Shown here: positions 61,220-64,000 of the stretch, piece after piece
Layout: every line of letters begins with the position of its first letter
Position numbering within the stretch: the first letter of the stretch is position 1
DNA from: Lobosporangium transversale
Taxonomy: Eukaryota
Length of the DNA: 64,000 nucleotides
Direction: 5' to 3'
Assembly: GCF_002105155.1 (NCBI RefSeq)
Contig: NW_019028996.1
Span: forward strand, 124,001 to 188,000
The notes under the pieces: generated by a model
The model's input: only the letters and a program-made list of their open reading frames with translations
What the model was told of the DNA's origin: nothing
The model's database searches: none
Position numbers and translations under genes: made by a program

Positions 61220-61410
61220 AGTGCTCCTAATCGGTACATTCGATTCAATACACCTTCGAACCGAAATCGAATTGACCAAGGTAAGGTTCATATCGAATCG
61301 AAACCGAATGAATATATATTGTCGAAACCGAATCGAATGTATCGAATATTCGATGCATTCGGTAAACCGAATCATTCGGTGCCTCGATTGTACCGATTCA
61401 ATTCATTTGA
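61220..61410. mobile_element. One end of a probable DNA transposon/MITE with dense AATCGAA/TTCGATT/AACCGAA subterminal motifs
   Basis: Starts CAGTGCTCC exactly where the pol remnant breaks; more than 10 short motif copies in both orientations; other end not seen. Confidence 0.5.
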
Positions 61411-61412
61411 TA

Positions 61413-63044
61413 CACTATCATGCAAAACTGATTCAATAATTCATTCCCATGTGCATTTCTTTTTTTCATTCCTAGAAACCGTATATGCATACACCACTCA
61501 TACTTTGGTTTAATAAAGCTCCCGTCTTCTTCTACGTCATAGTGATGCGTTGTGACATTAGCTTGTCTCATTTGAATAGCTAATGACTTTTTTGTTCATG
61601 CAGGTCATTGAATCAGTTTCACATGTGGTCTAAAATGTTGCCCATGACAACTTTTGGACGTCATTTAATGCCAGTAAAAAAAGGACTTTTCTCTCTTTCC
61701 TTTATGAACACTTGCTTAACTCTCTCTTAACTATACCTTCACAGAATATGAGACCCACTCCACAAAGGAAAGTCAACGAAGCCAGGAGGTTAATGATGGG
61801 AGGCATGTCTACTAGAGAAACTGCTGCTAGTGTTGGTATATCAATAGCGACGGCCACCAGGATCTATGCACATAATAAGGAGCACATGCCAGTCAATAAA
61901 GGCGGTCGACCAAGGAAAGTACCTAGAGGTATCATGCAGTATCTTAAGGTGAACATGAAACGAGGTACACTCAAGTCTGCAGTTGAGGCCACCGTCAGAG
62001 CCAACCAGCTCATACCAGCGGCTGTTTCTGAGACCACCGTTAGACGACGGCTCAAGGAGTTAGGATTGACAGCAAAGAGGCGTGTACATAAGCCAGCTTT
62101 ACGTCGACGGCATATTAAAGCTCGTTTGCATTTTATCAAAAAGTATAAGGAATGGACTCTGGAAGATTGGAAAAAGGTTATTTGGTCAGATGAATCGAAA
62201 ATAAACCGAATCTGCTCTGATGGCGTGCAGTGGATCTGGGACGACAACCCGGGACGCCTCACTCGCAGGTCGGTGCAAGGCACTGTCAAGTTTGGGGGTG
62301 GTAATGTTAAAGTGTGGTCATGCTTCTCATGGTACGGACCTGGATACATTGCAAAGATTGACAATAATATGGACGCACAACTTTACATCAAACTACTGCA
62401 GGAGGATCTACAGATGTCGCTTGATGACTGGGGCCTAACTAAAAGCGATATCGTCTTTCAGCACGACAATGACTCGAAGCACACGGCGAAGATTGTTAGG
62501 AAGTATTTGGAGTCAGTACATCTGACAGAAGAGGAAGGTACACTTCTAGAGTGGCCAGCACAATCCCCTGACCTCAACCCTATTGAACACATGTGGGCAG
62601 AATTGGATAGGCGGCTCTCTAGGTATCCGGAGCGAGCTAAGAGCTGTGATGAACTATGGGAGCGAATATCGGTTGAATGGTACAGGATCCCAGTGGACTT
62701 CTGCCGCAAACTCATCATAGGTATCCATAAGAGACTCCAAGCTGTCAGTGATGCCCATGGTTGGAATACTATCTATTGATGTAAGGTTATGCCTCACAAA
62801 AGAATAAAGATCTTTGGCCACCGAATGGGCACATGTGAAACTGATTCAATGACCTGCATGAACAAAAAAGTCATTAGCTATTCAAATGAGACAAGCTAAT
62901 GTCACAACGCATCACTATGACGTAGAAGAAGACGGGAGCTTTATTAAACCAAAGTGTGAGTGGTGTATGCATATACGGTTTCTAGGAATGAAAAAAAGAA
63001 ATGCACATGGGAATGAATTATTGAATCAGTTTTGCATGATAGTG
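61413..63044 (+). mobile_element. Intact Tc1-like DNA transposon with 215-bp TIRs
   Basis: TA|CACTATCATGCAAAACTG... and ...CAGTTTTGCATGATAGTG|TA; TIRs 61413-61627 and 62830-63044 with one mismatch seen. Confidence 0.96.
61748..62779 (+). CDS. Tc1-like transposase, DD39E triad
   Basis: 343-aa ORF from ATG 61748: HTH, GRPRK, VSETTVRRRL, WSDES, FQHDND, SPDLNPIEHMW. Confidence 0.95.
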   Translation: MRPTPQRKVNEARRLMMGGMSTRETAASVGISIATATRIYAHNKEHMPVNKGGRPRKVPRGIMQYLKVNMKRGTLKSAVEATVRANQLIPAAVSETTVRRRLKELGLTAKRRVHKPALRRRHIKARLHFIKKYKEWTLEDWKKVIWSDESKINRICSDGVQWIWDDNPGRLTRRSVQGTVKFGGGNVKVWSCFSWYGPGYIAKIDNNMDAQLYIKLLQEDLQMSLDDWGLTKSDIVFQHDNDSKHTAKIVRKYLESVHLTEEEGTLLEWPAQSPDLNPIEHMWAELDRRLSRYPERAKSCDELWERISVEWYRIPVDFCRKLIIGIHKRLQAVSDAHGWNTIY

Positions 63045-63517
63045 TATGAGCCTGAACACCTTTTATTCTCAGAGCAAGAGTGTAGAGTCTATAAAAAAAA
63101 AAGTATTTAAGAGGCCAGTGATTCCGATTCCTTGTTATCATGCAAGCAGTTAAAGATGTCAATACGGGGCCAAGGTCGATTATTAGACTGTCTGATTTAA
63201 TACGGTAACGCATGGAGAGGCAGTTAGAGCCATATGTTAAAAACAACTCTTTCTCTTACAGCTTCGCTGACTCCTTCTCATCTTTCTTCGCCTTTCATAT
63301 TTCAGCCTTCGCCCTTTACCAAGGTATAGATTTGTCTTCTGTATCCAGACCAACAGTGTACAAGGGAGAAAGCATTCACTATTTTACATGGGGAATATGT
63401 GGGCCTTATCAAACAATCGCCAGATTCAGCTGTTGTGGATTGGATGCACAGGCGTGGAGTATAAAGATAAATGGGTAGGATAAAGAAGTGCTATTTTTTA
63501 TTATTTTTACTTGAGGA

Positions 63518-63620
63518 AGCGAGTGCCTCGTTGCCCTAATAAACATAAACTAGAAACGAAAAGGAGATTGCGAGCGCCTCGTTGCTCCAGTAGACATAAG
63601 CTTGAAGTGAAAGGAGATTA
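63518..63620. repeat. Two diverged ~50-bp tandem copies
   Basis: GCGAG(T/C)GCCTCGTTGC...ACATAA...AAAGGAGATT appears twice. Confidence 0.6.
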
Positions 63621-64000
63621 ATTGGAAAAGATCAATGGAGAGAGCGAGATTTATACGATTAATGAATGAATTAGGTGAAAGTAAGGATTAATTAGTGGGC
63701 AGAGATGAAAGAACAAGCGACAAGCAAATGCTTGTCACACAACAAGTAAACCTTCCTGTTGCAACAAGATTGGGCTTTATTTGAGACCGGTTCGTCGGGG
63801 AAAACAAAAATGTCGTGTTTCTTTCGACAAGCATGAGGCTGTGGTGTGCTATCGATCAGGCACATGTACTGGCAAACTTTTTTTTTTTTTTTTTCTTTTT
63901 TTTTCCATTCATTCATTCAAACTCGGACATTAGCTTTTTATTTTATTTTATTTTATTTTTTTTGCACTCCTTCTTTTAACGTTAATAACCTATCAACCAC

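Noticed and set aside
61199..61513. ORFs repeated at 61199-61513 and 62944-63246 sharing a C-terminus
   Set aside because: They simply read through the Tc1 TIRs; not genes.

Overview
Eukaryotic, intron-containing fungal DNA with many ~20-nt A/T homopolymers; gene content and TE types suggest an early-diverging, Mortierellaceae-like fungus (inference). Roughly 1-41 kb is gene-rich: YME1/FtsH protease (3' part), SYS1, an NADP-dependent oxidoreductase, a membrane RING-H2 ligase, a TGL3-like patatin lipase, an RGG/RRM protein, a PHO80/PCL-type cyclin, an RMD1/RMD8 (DUF155) protein, an F-box protein, a METTL21-type methyltransferase and an unknown membrane protein, plus an internally deleted Mutator element next to a disabled POLD4 gene. 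Roughly 41-64 kb is a nested transposon block around a tRNA-Met gene. It holds a young intact Ty3/Gypsy chromovirus with identical LTRs, no tRNA primer site and an extra antisense ORF; a 5'-truncated LINE inserted into a diverged copy of its own 3'UTR; a second chromovirus with a -1 frameshift signal; solo LTRs; nested MITEs; and an intact Tc1-like element with unusual DD39E spacing and 215-bp TIRs. All calls are by eye from motifs; no database searches were run.
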